DNA of 64,000 nt from an uncultured Hyphomicrobiaceae bacterium. GTDB taxonomy: Bacteria; Pseudomonadota; Alphaproteobacteria; Rhizobiales; CAMYJA01. Positions within the stretch are counted from its first letter, which is position 1. Each line of letters opens with the position of its first letter. Positions 9,974 through 20,522 of this stretch are shown in pieces. The position numbers and the translations under genes are program-made. The notes below the pieces were generated by a model that was not told the DNA's origin, ran no database searches, and saw only the letters and a list, made by a program, of their open reading frames with translations. The stretch spans positions 10,263-74,262 of the forward strand of contig CAMYJA010000002.1 in the NCBI GenBank assembly GCA_947258705.1, given 5' to 3'.

Positions 9974-10002
9974 TTGACGCGGGAGGTCGAACCCGTTACA
10001 CT
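9974..10002 (+). promoter_or_regulatory. Candidate sigma70-type promoter for nrdJ (TTGACG-N17-TACACT)
   Basis: TTGACG lies at 9974-9979, then a 17-nt spacer, then TACACT at 9997-10002. This is about 40 nt upstream of the nrdJ ATG. It is a pattern match only. Confidence 0.35.
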
Positions 10003-10040
10003 CGCCGTGTGTTGGTACTTGTTTTGCAAAGTTTCGCTTA

Positions 10041-12482
10041 ATGGCAAAAATTTCCTTTCCGCGACCGATTTCAGAGCAGATCTGGGATCAGAAATACCGA
10101 TTGAAAGCGGCGGATGGCCGGATCATCGACCGCACGATCGGCGCGACCTTTCGGCGGGTTGCCCGTGCGGCGGCACGGGTCGAGAAAAAGCCCGACCGGA
10201 AAAAATGGGAAAAACGATTTTTCGATTCCATGGCCGATTTTTCCTTCCTGCCGGGTGGACGCATACTCGCCGGCGCGGGATCGGGACGCGAGGTCACGCT
10301 CTTTAACTGCTTTGTCATGGGGCGGATCGAGGATGATTTGTCCTCGATTTTCGACAACGTCAAAGAAGCCGCGCTCACCATGCAAAAGGGTGGCGGCATC
10401 GGTCATGATTTTTCCACCCTGAGGCCGTCGGGCGCACCTGTCGGGGGCGTGGGTTCCGATGCATCGGGCCCCGTCAGTTTCATGGATGTCTGGGATGCCA
10501 TGTGCCGGACCATCATGTCGGCGGGCTCCCGGCGCGGGGCGATGATGGGAACGCTCCGATGCGATCATCCGGATATTGAGGCGTTTATCGAAGCCAAGTC
10601 CCGGCCGGACCGGTTGCGGATGTTCAATCTTTCCGTTCTGGTAACCGATGCATTTATCAAGGCCGTCAAGGCCGATCGGGACTGGGATCTCGTTTTCGAC
10701 GGTCAGGTTTACAAGACACTGCGCGCGCGTGATCTGTGGGACAAAATGATGCGCGCCACATATGAATATGCGGAACCGGGCGTGATATTCATCGACCGCA
10801 TCAATTCCCACAACAATCTCGGCTATCTGGAGACGATATCAACGACCAATCCGTGCGGGGAGCAGCCATTGCCGCCTTATGGCGCCTGCCTGCTGGGATC
10901 GGTCAATCTGGTGCGGTTCGTGACCAATCCCTTTGAAAAAAACGCCTCCCTCGATCTCAGAAAGCTGAGGCGTATTGTACGGAACGGTGTCCGGTTTCTC
11001 GACAATGTCATCGATATTTCGAAATACCCCCTTGAGATGCAGTCCGAGGAAGCCATGTCCAAGCGCCGGATTGGTCTCGGCGTTACGGGACTTGCCGACG
11101 CACTCACCATGTGCGGTGTGCGCTACGGCACGACAAAATCGGCCAAACTGGCTTCGCGCTGGATGGCTGCGATCGAGCGCTATGCCTATACGGCGAGCGC
11201 CGACATCGCCCGGTCCAAGGGCGCTTTTCCCCTCTATGACCGGGCTGCCTATTTGTCGGGGCCGGCGGGCAAGCGGCTTGACGAAAAACTGCGCAAAAAA
11301 ATTAAAAAATCGGGTCTTCGAAACGGGCTTCTGACCTCGATTGCGCCGACCGGCACGATTTCGCTTCTGGCCGGCAATGTTTCAAGCGGCGTTGAACCGG
11401 TTTTCGACCTCAGTTACGGCCGCAATATCATCCAGGCGGACGGATCCCGGCGCAAGTTCGTTGTCGAGGATTATGCCTATTCGGAATATCTGAAAAAGTT
11501 TGGGGAGCACGAACAACTACCCGACTTTTTCGTCACGGCCCATGAGGTCGCGCCAATCGACCACCTCAGAATGCAGGCCGCGCTGCAGGACCATGTTGAC
11601 AGCTCGATCTCCAAAACGATCAATTGCCCTTCAAGCATTTCATTCGATGCTTTCAAGGATCTCTATATGGAGGCCTATCGGCTGGGGCTGAAAGGCTGCA
11701 CCACCTATCGCCCCAATCCAGTGACGGGAGCCGTGCTTGTTCCCGGCTCCGAGGCGGAGGAGGCTTCCTCGCGCCCGACCGGCGAGAGACGGGAGAACGG
11801 GCTGGTGAGCCGGATATATGCTTCGGGTGGGGATGAAAAAGAAAATGACAGCGATAGCGTGGTCTATATGTCGGAGCCTCTTGAGCGGCATCACAAGCTC
11901 GGCGGGGCGACTTACAAACTGAAATGGCCGCAATCGGATCACGCCTATTATATTACCATCAATGATATCGAGTCGGATGGCCGGCGCCGGCCTTTCGAAA
12001 TTTTCATCAATTCGAAAAACCTCGAACATTATGCCTGGACTGTGGCCCTGACACGCATGATCAGTGCCGTTTTTCGACGCGGCGGCGACGTGTCTTTTGT
12101 CGTTGACGAACTTAGAGACGTGTTTGATCCGCGCGGTGGGCACTGGATCAATGGCCGGTATGTTCCGAGCCTGCTGGCGGCTATCGGAGATGTGGTCGGG
12201 CGCCATATGGTCGCTATCGGATTTATCAGTGAAGGCGATCTCGATCTTGATTTCGGCCCAGACCGGAATGCCCATCGCAGCGCCGATCTAGCCCCGGGTC
12301 ATGATTTCGTTTCTGACGCGGTCAGCGATCACGATCTTGATCGTGATACTGATACCGATCAAAGGGGCGGCGGGCCGATGCTGCGGGCGCAGAAATATTG
12401 CCCGAAATGTCATTCGCCCTCTTTCACCTATCAGGAAGGCTGCTGGGTGTGCCGCAATTGCGGTCATTCGAAATGCAGTTGA
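10041..12482 (+). CDS. nrdJ: Adenosylcobalamin-dependent (class II) ribonucleotide reductase
   Basis: 813 aa with the active-site block TNPCGEQPLPPYGACLLGSVNL. The C-terminus carries a zinc-ribbon-like CPKC..CRNC. Confidence 0.9.
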   Translation: MAKISFPRPISEQIWDQKYRLKAADGRIIDRTIGATFRRVARAAARVEKKPDRKKWEKRFFDSMADFSFLPGGRILAGAGSGREVTLFNCFVMGRIEDDLSSIFDNVKEAALTMQKGGGIGHDFSTLRPSGAPVGGVGSDASGPVSFMDVWDAMCRTIMSAGSRRGAMMGTLRCDHPDIEAFIEAKSRPDRLRMFNLSVLVTDAFIKAVKADRDWDLVFDGQVYKTLRARDLWDKMMRATYEYAEPGVIFIDRINSHNNLGYLETISTTNPCGEQPLPPYGACLLGSVNLVRFVTNPFEKNASLDLRKLRRIVRNGVRFLDNVIDISKYPLEMQSEEAMSKRRIGLGVTGLADALTMCGVRYGTTKSAKLASRWMAAIERYAYTASADIARSKGAFPLYDRAAYLSGPAGKRLDEKLRKKIKKSGLRNGLLTSIAPTGTISLLAGNVSSGVEPVFDLSYGRNIIQADGSRRKFVVEDYAYSEYLKKFGEHEQLPDFFVTAHEVAPIDHLRMQAALQDHVDSSISKTINCPSSISFDAFKDLYMEAYRLGLKGCTTYRPNPVTGAVLVPGSEAEEASSRPTGERRENGLVSRIYASGGDEKENDSDSVVYMSEPLERHHKLGGATYKLKWPQSDHAYYITINDIESDGRRRPFEIFINSKNLEHYAWTVALTRMISAVFRRGGDVSFVVDELRDVFDPRGGHWINGRYVPSLLAAIGDVVGRHMVAIGFISEGDLDLDFGPDRNAHRSADLAPGHDFVSDAVSDHDLDRDTDTDQRGGGPMLRAQKYCPKCHSPSFTYQEGCWVCRNCGHSKCS

Positions 12483-12652
12483 TAAATGTCGCATGTGCGC
12501 GCGCCGCAGCAATTGCGCTTCATACGCCTTGAATAGGTTGAAGCCTTATTTTTGCTATAAACGTTCTTCATATTTACCGGCATCGCGCCTTTCGTAACAG
12601 TTCAGTCCCAAGTCGCGCGTTGCTTTGTTTCAACGGATGAAGAGCGGCCAAG

Positions 12653-13150
12653 ATGGGTTTGCAGAACCTCGAGTTTGACTTTGAAATCGGACCGAATAGC
12701 GGAGCCGGCGGACAGGCCGTCGACTTCGGTGAAGAATGCGACCTGAGCGGGCGTTTCCAATATTGGAATGGCGCATCGGGCGAGCGTTACATTCATACGG
12801 TCTATTCGCTGGTCGATCTGCCCGAATTGCCCCGGATCAATTATCTGCTCGTTCACCGTGACGAACGGGGACGGTGCGCGCCGTTGCGGATCGGCCGCAC
12901 GACCGATTCTTGCCGGACGGCGAACCTCGCCGAAATTCGCTACCGCGCGGCTCGTCTTGGCGCCAACGAAGTTCATATTCACATGATTGCAGACACGTCG
13001 CGCGACCGCGCGCTAGTCGAGTGCGATCTCAGGGCAGGACAGTTCCGGGCGCTTAGTGCCGAGCGAGCCGGCAAGCGGCTCTTTCATCCGGATCATTCCG
13101 ATCATCAGGCTTCGAGGAAACCGTTCATTTCCGATTTCAACCGGAAATAG
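12653..13150 (+). CDS. Hypothetical protein (165 aa), family not recognised
   Basis: A clean ORF in an otherwise gene-free interval, with codon composition similar to its neighbours. I see no recognisable motif. Confidence 0.5.
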   Translation: MGLQNLEFDFEIGPNSGAGGQAVDFGEECDLSGRFQYWNGASGERYIHTVYSLVDLPELPRINYLLVHRDERGRCAPLRIGRTTDSCRTANLAEIRYRAARLGANEVHIHMIADTSRDRALVECDLRAGQFRALSAERAGKRLFHPDHSDHQASRKPFISDFNRK

Positions 13151-13176
13151 TCCGCTTTTTCACCGATCCGTCGTAC

Positions 13177-13737
13177 TTACAGGCGGCGCCATTTCAACCG
13201 GCATGCGAGCCGGTCGATATCCCGGTCGACAATGCCGCACTCTTCAAGATGACGGGCGGTATTGATCACATAGTCGATATTGTTTCCCGAATTTCCGACA
13301 CCCGCGAAAATCATGCGCAATTGCCGCTCAAATGGCAGCCGGCCGGAATATTGAGGGTGCTCGCGGTTGACCACGTATAATGTCGTGCGCACCTGTCGCC
13401 CACTGCCGTCAAGCAACCTTACGGGTTGCATGATCTCCCGGTAGACATCTGTGACCTGCTCGCGGGCGCGAAGATACGCCATCGTTGCGCGGGCTTTTTC
13501 TGCGCTGACCTCAAAAGCAATTCCCGTGCACATGCCGCCCCTGTCGAGCCCGAGAACGAGGCCTGGCCTTTCGGGGCTGCCGCGGTGATGGATCGATTTT
13601 ACGCAGAGCGACCTTCTGTAGCCGCGAAGCTCGGCCATGCAGCGTGATTCATACTCGAATACCGGATTCCACATCAGCGAACCATATCCGAATATCCAGT
13701 GACGATCCTGTTTGGACTGTTTGCCGATTGCTGCCAA
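13177..13737 (-). CDS. ChaC-family gamma-glutamylcyclotransferase
   Basis: The N-terminal WIFGYGSLMWNP motif and a length of 186 aa are typical of ChaC/GGCT. Confidence 0.8.
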   Translation of the reverse strand: MAAIGKQSKQDRHWIFGYGSLMWNPVFEYESRCMAELRGYRRSLCVKSIHHRGSPERPGLVLGLDRGGMCTGIAFEVSAEKARATMAYLRAREQVTDVYREIMQPVRLLDGSGRQVRTTLYVVNREHPQYSGRLPFERQLRMIFAGVGNSGNNIDYVINTARHLEECGIVDRDIDRLACRLKWRRL

Positions 13738-13789
13738 GCTCTCCTCTCAAACGACGCACCGCTTCGGTGATCGCGATGCTCCTGATGGA

Positions 13790-14734
13790 TTATTCCTTTT
13801 TTCCGGCGGTCTCGATGTCCGATGCGGGCGCGCGCCCGAAATCGGGCAGGTCCGTTTCCTGGCCGGCCTCGATAATGCCGCGCCTGATCTCTCTCGTGCG
13901 CGTGAACAACTCGAGCAGAGTATCGCCATCGCCCCACCGGATCGCCTTTTGAAGCGATGAAATATCTTCCGAAAACCGTCCGAGCATTTCGAGAACCGCA
14001 TCCTTGTTGTTGAGAAAAATATCGCGCCACATGACCGGATCCGAGGCGGCGATGCGGGTGAAATCGCGAAAACCGGCTGCGGAGAACTTTACGACTTCGG
14101 ATTTCGTGACCCGTTCGAGGTCGGATGCGGTGCCGACGATATTGTAGGCGATGAGATGGGGCACATGAGACGTTATGGCAAGGACGAGGTCGTGATGCTC
14201 CGGCGTCATTATTTCAATGGAGGAGCCGCAGGCCTGCCAGAAGTTCTTGAGCCGCTCAAGCGCCGCTTCATCGGTACCGTAAAGCGGCGTCAGGATGCAC
14301 CAGCGGCCGTCGAACAGTTCTGCAAAGCCCGCTTCCGGCCCTGAATATTCCGTTCCGGCGATGGGGTGGGCGGGAATGAAATGAACGCCTTCGGGTATCA
14401 GTGGCTCCAGGTCACGGACAACCGCCCCCTTGACGCTGCCGACATCGGTGAGGATCGCGCCCTTTTTGAGGTCCTTCGCGATAGTCTGCACCAGTTCCCT
14501 GCAGACGCCTATGGGAACACAAAGAACGACCAGATCCGCGTCCCGGACCGCCTCCCCCGGCGTCTCGAAGACCTCGTCGACCAGACCCAGCCTGAGCGCC
14601 GTTTTGCGCGTTTCAGCGCTTTTTGCATGGCCCGTAATGGTGCCAGCGAGATTGCCGCGCCTCATGGCGTGGGCCAGGGAGGAGCCGATCAGGCCGAGGC
14701 CGAGCAGTGCGACTTTTTCAAACTGATGGCTCAT
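13790..14734 (-). CDS. tyrC: Prephenate/arogenate (cyclohexadienyl) dehydrogenase
   Basis: It has a Rossmann motif [12 protein letters not shown] and the HPIAG motif. It overlaps the hisC stop, giving the usual hisC-tyrC pair. Confidence 0.85.
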   Translation of the reverse strand: MSHQFEKVALLGLGLIGSSLAHAMRRGNLAGTITGHAKSAETRKTALRLGLVDEVFETPGEAVRDADLVVLCVPIGVCRELVQTIAKDLKKGAILTDVGSVKGAVVRDLEPLIPEGVHFIPAHPIAGTEYSGPEAGFAELFDGRWCILTPLYGTDEAALERLKNFWQACGSSIEIMTPEHHDLVLAITSHVPHLIAYNIVGTASDLERVTKSEVVKFSAAGFRDFTRIAASDPVMWRDIFLNNKDAVLEMLGRFSEDISSLQKAIRWGDGDTLLELFTRTREIRRGIIEAGQETDLPDFGRAPASDIETAGKKE

Positions 14735-15855
14735 TCGACCCGGGCCCCGGAATGTTGCATGAATTTCTCGAGAAGCGAAACGGTCTTCCGATTGGCTTCC
14801 TCCACTCCCACGGTCATGCGCAATGCGCCCGGCAGGCCGTATCCTTTGACGCGGCGCAATATTATGCCGTTCTCCTTGAGAAAGGCATCGGCGGCCTGTG
14901 CATTGTGTTCCCCGCCTTCCGGAAAATGGATGAGCACGAAATTGGCCACGCTAGGCGTGACGTCAAGACCGAGCTTTTTCAGTTCCGTTTCAAGCCAGGG
15001 CCGCCATTTCATATTATGGCGCGCGGCTTCTTCGACGTGTCCAGAATCCTCGACGGCCTTGATGCCTGCCGCTATGGCCGGACCGGACAGGTTGAAGGGG
15101 CCTCGTATGCGGTTCAGCACATCGGCGATTTCAGGGGGACAAAGCGCCCAGCCAATGCGCAGGGAGGCCAGTCCAAAGATTTTCGAAAAAGTCCGGGTCA
15201 TGACCGTGTTCGACCCTGCCATGACGAGTTCCGTACCCGGCGTGTAATCTTCCGCTGTAACGTATTCCGCATAGGCGCCATCAAGGACGAGCAATACATG
15301 CCCGGGCAGAATAGCCCGGAGCGATTTGACTTCGTCCGTTGTCATATAGGTCCCTGTCGGGTTGTTCGGATTGGCGATGAACACCATTTTCGTGGCGGGT
15401 GTGACCCTGGCCAGAATTTCGTCCACATCGGCTTTGAGGTTTTTCTCGGCTGCAATGACAGGAGTTGCGCCATGGGCGAGTATGACGATCCTGTAAACCA
15501 GAAATCCGTGCTCGGTGTATATCGCTTCGTCGCCGGGACCGAGATAGGCCGCGGCGAGCAGATTGAGGAGTTCGTCCGAACCCGCACCGCAGACAATCCT
15601 GTCCGGATCGAGATTGTAACGCCTTGCGATGGCCGTCCTCAATCCCGCCGCGGAGCCGTCGGGATATTGCGCCAGTCCCGCCGCCGCCGCCTGATAGGCC
15701 TTGACCGCCTCCGGACTCGGGCCGAGAGGCGTCTCATTCGAGGAAAGCTTGATAACCCGTTCATCGCCCGACGAGGATTTACCCGCAATGGCGCTTTCGC
15801 CCGGCACATAGGGGGTGATGTCCAGAATTCCGGGTTGTGGTTTTGGCCTGGTCAT
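14731..15855 (-). CDS. hisC: Histidinol-phosphate aminotransferase
   Basis: 374 aa, class-II aminotransferase. The block ..[16 protein letters not shown].. contains the PLP-binding lysine. Confidence 0.9.
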   Translation of the reverse strand: MTRPKPQPGILDITPYVPGESAIAGKSSSGDERVIKLSSNETPLGPSPEAVKAYQAAAAGLAQYPDGSAAGLRTAIARRYNLDPDRIVCGAGSDELLNLLAAAYLGPGDEAIYTEHGFLVYRIVILAHGATPVIAAEKNLKADVDEILARVTPATKMVFIANPNNPTGTYMTTDEVKSLRAILPGHVLLVLDGAYAEYVTAEDYTPGTELVMAGSNTVMTRTFSKIFGLASLRIGWALCPPEIADVLNRIRGPFNLSGPAIAAGIKAVEDSGHVEEAARHNMKWRPWLETELKKLGLDVTPSVANFVLIHFPEGGEHNAQAADAFLKENGIILRRVKGYGLPGALRMTVGVEEANRKTVSLLEKFMQHSGARVE

Positions 15856-16042
15856 AAAGCAGTTCGACTATTGCTGATTTCATTGTATCTCAGGGAAGTC
15901 ATAGGTAGCCCGATTGACAAAATCAAAGAAAAGATTGACTTTTTTCGCGAAAACGCGCGTGTTCCGGCCCTGATGCTCCAAAATAGAAACGGTTCCGGTA
16001 GCCCCGTGACCTTTGAGTATTTGAATATAGTTGGGTTGAGCA

Positions 16043-17209
16043 TTGAATATAGCAATGGAACCAAATAGCAAAATTGTGCGCTTTGAGCATGGAGACGGGC
16101 TTTTGCTCGACTCGGGCGTGCGCCTTGAACCCTTCGAGATTGCCTATGAGACCTATGGAACGCTCAATCAGGACCGTTCCAACGCGATCCTGATCTGCCA
16201 CGCCCTGACGGGCGACCAGCATGTCGCAGACGACCCCGAGGATAGCGAAAAATCAGGCTGGTGGAGTAATCTGGTCGGTCCTGGAAAGGCTCTCGACAGC
16301 GATAAATATTTTGTCATCTGCTCCAATGTGCTCGGTGGCTGCATGGGATCAACGGGGCCCAGCTCGATCAATCCCGAAACCGGAAAAATTTACGGGCTCG
16401 ATTTTCCGGTTATCACAATTTCGGATATGGTCCGGGCGCAGGCCATGTTTATCGACCGTCTCGGCATCGAGCGGCTGTTTTCGGTTGTCGGTGGATCCAT
16501 GGGCGGCATGCAGGTTCTCGAATGGGCGGCGCGCTATCCCGAACGGGTGCTGACGGCCATACCCATCGCCACATCGCATCGGCATTCTTCACAGAACATC
16601 GCCTTTCACGAAGTCGGCCGTCAGGCGGTGATGGCCGATCCGGACTGGCGCCAGGGGCGCTATCTCGATGAAGGGTGCAATCCGAGGAGTGGCCTGGCCG
16701 TCGCGCGCATGGCGGCGCATATCACCTATCTGTCGGATGAGGCGCTGCATCAGAAGTTCGGCCGGTCGCTTCAGGACCGTGACAGCCTGACATTCGGTTT
16801 CGATGCCGATTTTCAGGTCGAGAGCTATCTTCGCTATCAGGGCTACCGCTTCGTCGACCGGTTCGATGCCAACAGCTATCTCTATATAACGCGGGCGATG
16901 GATTATTTCGATATGCCGAAAGACCATGGCGGCATTCTCGCCAATGCCTTCAAGGACACGAAATCCCGGTTTTGCGTGATCTCCTTTACAAGCGACTGGC
17001 TTTATCCGACGCGGGAGAGCCGGGAAATCGTCAAGGCGCTCAATGCGGTCGCGGCCAATGTCAGCTTTGTCGAGATCAATTCCGAAAAAGGTCATGACGC
17101 GTTTTTGCTCGATGAGCCGGAAATGTTTTCAACGGTTTCGGGATTTCTCGATGCTTCGGCGGACGCTCTCGGGATCACGTTGGAACAGGCACAGGGGAAG
17201 GGCGTTTGA
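16043..17209 (+). CDS. metX: Homoserine O-acetyltransferase
   Basis: It has the alpha/beta-hydrolase nucleophile elbow GGSMGG and the block [10 protein letters not shown]. It is followed by metW, with a 4-nt overlap. The start is ambiguous: TTG 16043 or ATG 16055. Confidence 0.9.
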   Translation: MNIAMEPNSKIVRFEHGDGLLLDSGVRLEPFEIAYETYGTLNQDRSNAILICHALTGDQHVADDPEDSEKSGWWSNLVGPGKALDSDKYFVICSNVLGGCMGSTGPSSINPETGKIYGLDFPVITISDMVRAQAMFIDRLGIERLFSVVGGSMGGMQVLEWAARYPERVLTAIPIATSHRHSSQNIAFHEVGRQAVMADPDWRQGRYLDEGCNPRSGLAVARMAAHITYLSDEALHQKFGRSLQDRDSLTFGFDADFQVESYLRYQGYRFVDRFDANSYLYITRAMDYFDMPKDHGGILANAFKDTKSRFCVISFTSDWLYPTRESREIVKALNAVAANVSFVEINSEKGHDAFLLDEPEMFSTVSGFLDASADALGITLEQAQGKGV

Positions 17210-17841
17210 TTGTGACGGAAACGGTCGAACATAAAAACCGTATCAGCATCGCCCATCTGGTTATTTCGGAGATGGTCCGGGAAAACGCACGGGTGATCGA
17301 TATCGGCTGTGGCGACGGCTCGCTTCTCAAGCTTTTGAAAGACACCAAGGGGGCGGATGCACGCGGTATCGAGATCTCTCCCGAGCGGGTCAGCCTGTGC
17401 ATGGCGCAGGGATTGTCGGTCATTCAGGGGGACGCCGACCGGGATCTCGTCGATTATCCGGCTGCATCCTTCGATTACGCCATCTTAAGCGAAACGATCC
17501 AGGCGGTTCAGAGTCCGGAACTGGTGCTCAGGCAATTATTGCGGATTGCCGAACGCGCCATCGTGTCCTTTCCGAATTTCGGCCATTGGCAGGTGCGGAT
17601 GCAATTGCTGCTCAACGGGCGTATGCCGGTCACGGACAATATGCCGAATGCCTGGTACGAGACGCCGAATATACATCTTTGCACGATCAAGGATTTTGAG
17701 GATTTATGCGACCGTGTGGACGCCAAGGTCGAAAAGGCGGTGGCGCTCAACTCCAAGGGTCGGCGCCTGGGTATCAATTTTCCCATCGCGGTTCAGAACC
17801 TGATCGGCAAGCAGGCGGTGTTCGTCCTGCGCCGGCGGTGA
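17206..17841 (+). CDS. metW: Methionine biosynthesis protein MetW
   Basis: It has a SAM-MTase-like fold motif VIDIGCGDG. It is translationally coupled to metX. Confidence 0.9.
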   Translation: MIVTETVEHKNRISIAHLVISEMVRENARVIDIGCGDGSLLKLLKDTKGADARGIEISPERVSLCMAQGLSVIQGDADRDLVDYPAASFDYAILSETIQAVQSPELVLRQLLRIAERAIVSFPNFGHWQVRMQLLLNGRMPVTDNMPNAWYETPNIHLCTIKDFEDLCDRVDAKVEKAVALNSKGRRLGINFPIAVQNLIGKQAVFVLRRR

Positions 17842-17949
17842 GGGGAGCGGCTGCCCACCCCCGCAAAATCGTTTAGACATTGTTAACTCTTTTGTAATGC
17901 CCGTTAGATAGCATGCAACTTCAGTTTATTCAGTCATCGGAGTTGTAAA

Positions 17950-19599
17950 TTGCTGAAAAATGTCCTGGTGCGTATAGCTTTTTTTTCCTTCTCTTTTTTC
18001 ATCCTTCCTCAAATTACATCAGTTTCAGTAGCAGCAGCAGAGCGGACATCCATGTTCATTCTGGATGCATCAGGTTCCATGTGGGGCAGGCTACCGGACC
18101 GGCAGAGCAAGATCGTCGCCGCCCGCAAAGTGATGGGACGCCTGGTTGGGGCATTGCCATCTCAGATTTCAGCGGGCCTGATTGCTTATGGTCATCGCCG
18201 CAAGGGGGATTGCGCGGATATCGAAGTCGTTCAGGAGATAACGCCTGGTGGCGGTCCCCGGATTGCAGCGCGGCTCGACCGTCTCATCCCGCGCGGGCGC
18301 ACACCGATATCGGACGCGCTCAAGCTTGCGGGTGATAAACTCAGCGCGATAGAAGGGCCGACGACAATCGTACTTGTCAGTGACGGCATCGAGACCTGCA
18401 AAGGTGATCCTTGTGCGGTTGCCGCAGCGCTGGCCAAGTCAAGCGCAAATCTGAACATTCATGTGGTCGGATATGGCGTCGACAGAAAGACCCGGGTGCA
18501 ATTGCAGTGTGTTGCAGAGAAAGGCCGCGGTCGCTATTTCACCGCCGACAATGCGGGCGATCTGACAAATGCGTTGACCAAGGTGACAGAGAGCATCAAG
18601 AAGGCTGAGCCAATCGTGGTGGATGCACCGAGCGCTGCCGAGACAGTGACGTCGATTTTGATCAAGGCCACCGGCCCCGGCAGGATCCGGTTGAAGCTCG
18701 GGTCATGGACGCATATGCCGCGATATTGGAAAGTCCTAAACCCTGAAACCGGCGAAGTTATCGCTCGGACAAATAAATCCGAAATCGAAGTTTTTCCTGG
18801 TCAGTATCAGATTGCCTGGCGGCATCTGGAACATGGCGCAAAGGAAGTCATGATGCCGCAGGTCATTGACGTTAAATCGGGTGAGGTATCGGAAGCCTTG
18901 GTCACAACGGGCCTGAAACTCGTTCCCCCCGCGGGTATGAGGAAACCATTTTATTGGCAGTTGCTGCCCGAGGGCGCCGATCTTCAGAAAAATTACCGTA
19001 AACGGCAACCAGCTGCGTGGTATTGGGTTTGGGATGCCGTGCCGGTGCCAGCGGGAAAATATACGCTGGTGTTGCGGCAGACCGAGCATGGCCACCAGGA
19101 AACGGTGCTTGGTCAGATTGATCTTGAAGAAGGCCAATTGAAGAATATTCCACTCGATCAGGGTATTAATCTGCAATGGCCCAAAGAATGGGGCGATGTG
19201 TATTATTTCAAGATTACCGATGCGGCAGGGCGCTCAATGAAAATGGACTATCGCGGGCCTATCGTTCTGGCTGCGGGCAAATATAAGCTTGCGCTTCGGC
19301 TGAAGGAGCACACGCATAATGAGGCTTCGTTCGGCGAGCTTGTTGTGCCGGAAAAAGGCTTCTTGGATCCGCGACTTACATCCGGCATTACCTTTGAAAC
19401 AGAGACTAGGGGAGAGTTCACGATATTTGCGGTGAATCTCGAAACTCAGCAGGAAGCGAAAATGTACAAGAGCTGGGGCCCCATGCCTCTGGGGCCTGGC
19501 CGTTATCGATTTGATATGAAACTGAAGGGGCAAAAGCGGCAGGTGATCGTGCCGGAACTGACGATCAAGCCAGGACAGTTTATCAAGGCGAAGATGTAG
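17950..19599 (+). CDS. Secreted von Willebrand factor A (VWA) domain protein with four C-terminal repeat modules
   Basis: The TTG start is preceded by GGAG, 7 nt upstream. It has a signal peptide (..ITSVSVAAA|E). MIDAS residues are D-A-S-G-S (FILDASGSM), T (RGRTPISDA) and D (LVSDGIETC). Four modules of about 75 aa share the motif G-x-Y-x-[LIF]-x-x-[RK]-x-x-EH. Confidence 0.8.
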   Translation: MLKNVLVRIAFFSFSFFILPQITSVSVAAAERTSMFILDASGSMWGRLPDRQSKIVAARKVMGRLVGALPSQISAGLIAYGHRRKGDCADIEVVQEITPGGGPRIAARLDRLIPRGRTPISDALKLAGDKLSAIEGPTTIVLVSDGIETCKGDPCAVAAALAKSSANLNIHVVGYGVDRKTRVQLQCVAEKGRGRYFTADNAGDLTNALTKVTESIKKAEPIVVDAPSAAETVTSILIKATGPGRIRLKLGSWTHMPRYWKVLNPETGEVIARTNKSEIEVFPGQYQIAWRHLEHGAKEVMMPQVIDVKSGEVSEALVTTGLKLVPPAGMRKPFYWQLLPEGADLQKNYRKRQPAAWYWVWDAVPVPAGKYTLVLRQTEHGHQETVLGQIDLEEGQLKNIPLDQGINLQWPKEWGDVYYFKITDAAGRSMKMDYRGPIVLAAGKYKLALRLKEHTHNEASFGELVVPEKGFLDPRLTSGITFETETRGEFTIFAVNLETQQEAKMYKSWGPMPLGPGRYRFDMKLKGQKRQVIVPELTIKPGQFIKAKM

Positions 19600-19691
19600 A
19601 GACAGTCCGCGCACGGTTTGGCAGACCGACCAGGAGCGCACTCGTTGCCTGCTTACCGACCGGCCGGATGTTTCTCTTCCCGATGAAATGG

Positions 19692-20435
19692 CTAACGATG
19701 TCGCCAGAACGGATTGACGGGAGATGTTTCCACGAGAACCTTGACCGGACGGCCGCCGCTTATGGGTGCGCTCACCTCTTTCGTCGCCTCGATCAGGATG
19801 ATGCCGCCGAAGCCGGGCCAGAGCCGGGCGCCCAGGCGTTCCCATGCGCGGTTCGAGCGCAGATTGAGGCGCAGGTTAAGGGGCGGCATATGCAGCGCTG
19901 ATGTCCAGTCCGTTGGGCTGAACAAGGCACCCTTGAGAAGCCGTTCGACCTGGCCCCTGCTATATGGCCGGCCATGGCCAAAGGGCGTGGTTTCCAGGCG
20001 TGACCACAGGCTTCGCCGATTGGGCACGACGCATATGAGCCGCCCTTCGGGTTTTAGGACCCGCCATATTTCGCGCAGCATCCGGGATGCGGCTTCGCTC
20101 ATCTCCAGACTGTGAATTGCGAGAAGCCTGTCGACAGATGCGTCGGCCAGGGGCAGGCATTCATTTTCCATGAGCAGGGAAAGATAAGGTCCTGTTTTGG
20201 GCCAGGTGATGACACCCTGCGTGGCCGGCATGAGCGCGCCGATGCACTGAGCCTCGCCCTTAAAGACGCCGAGATAGGGAGCGGCGTATCCCAGGCCGAT
20301 CACCACTTCACCTCTGACGTTCGGCCAGCGATCCCGGATACGGTGCATGATCGTTCGCCTCACGACGCTTCCCATGGGGCCGGAATAGAATTCGGCGAGT
20401 TCTGTCACGTCGAGATGCATTGTCCATTTTCCCAC
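19692..20435 (-). CDS. Class I SAM-dependent methyltransferase
   Basis: The block VDRLLAIHSLE..LREIWRVLKPEGRLI is Methyltransf_11-like. The gene is divergent from gloB, as is common in Rhizobiales. Confidence 0.75.
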   Translation of the reverse strand: MGKWTMHLDVTELAEFYSGPMGSVVRRTIMHRIRDRWPNVRGEVVIGLGYAAPYLGVFKGEAQCIGALMPATQGVITWPKTGPYLSLLMENECLPLADASVDRLLAIHSLEMSEAASRMLREIWRVLKPEGRLICVVPNRRSLWSRLETTPFGHGRPYSRGQVERLLKGALFSPTDWTSALHMPPLNLRLNLRSNRAWERLGARLWPGFGGIILIEATKEVSAPISGGRPVKVLVETSPVNPFWRHR

Positions 20436-20522
20436 AAGTGAGGTTATGGTTCAAAACCTGATCCGATGATAATGTCTTCGGGCTGATTACAACAGTCTGA
20501 TATTGAAAAGAGGTAATTTGCT

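Noticed and set aside
10071-10811. A 246-aa minus-strand ORF lies inside nrdJ. Similar nested ORFs lie at 11640-12275 (in nrdJ), 42319-43080 (in the patatin gene), 48579-49304 (in pyrF), 51616-52512 (in the TPP enzyme gene), 56325-57065 (in the Mic60-like gene) and 39030-39659 (in the 1092-aa gene).
   Set aside because: Each is antisense to a gene whose translation carries clear family motifs or coherent architecture. Their composition is typical of shadow frames, so none is reported as a feature.
15856-16042. I looked for a SAM-II (metA-motif) riboswitch upstream of metX.
   Set aside because: I could not find the conserved pseudoknot elements, namely a U-rich loop with a 3' AAAGCU next to the RBS. 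I leave it as a negative to be confirmed with cmsearch. The direct repeats found there are reported as a separate finding.
14366-16068. Long plus-strand ORFs (293 aa and 453 aa) lie opposite tyrC and hisC.
   Set aside because: They are antisense shadow ORFs in GC-rich DNA. The minus-strand frames encode unmistakable TyrC and HisC. The plus-strand translations are Arg/Gly/Pro-rich with no motifs.
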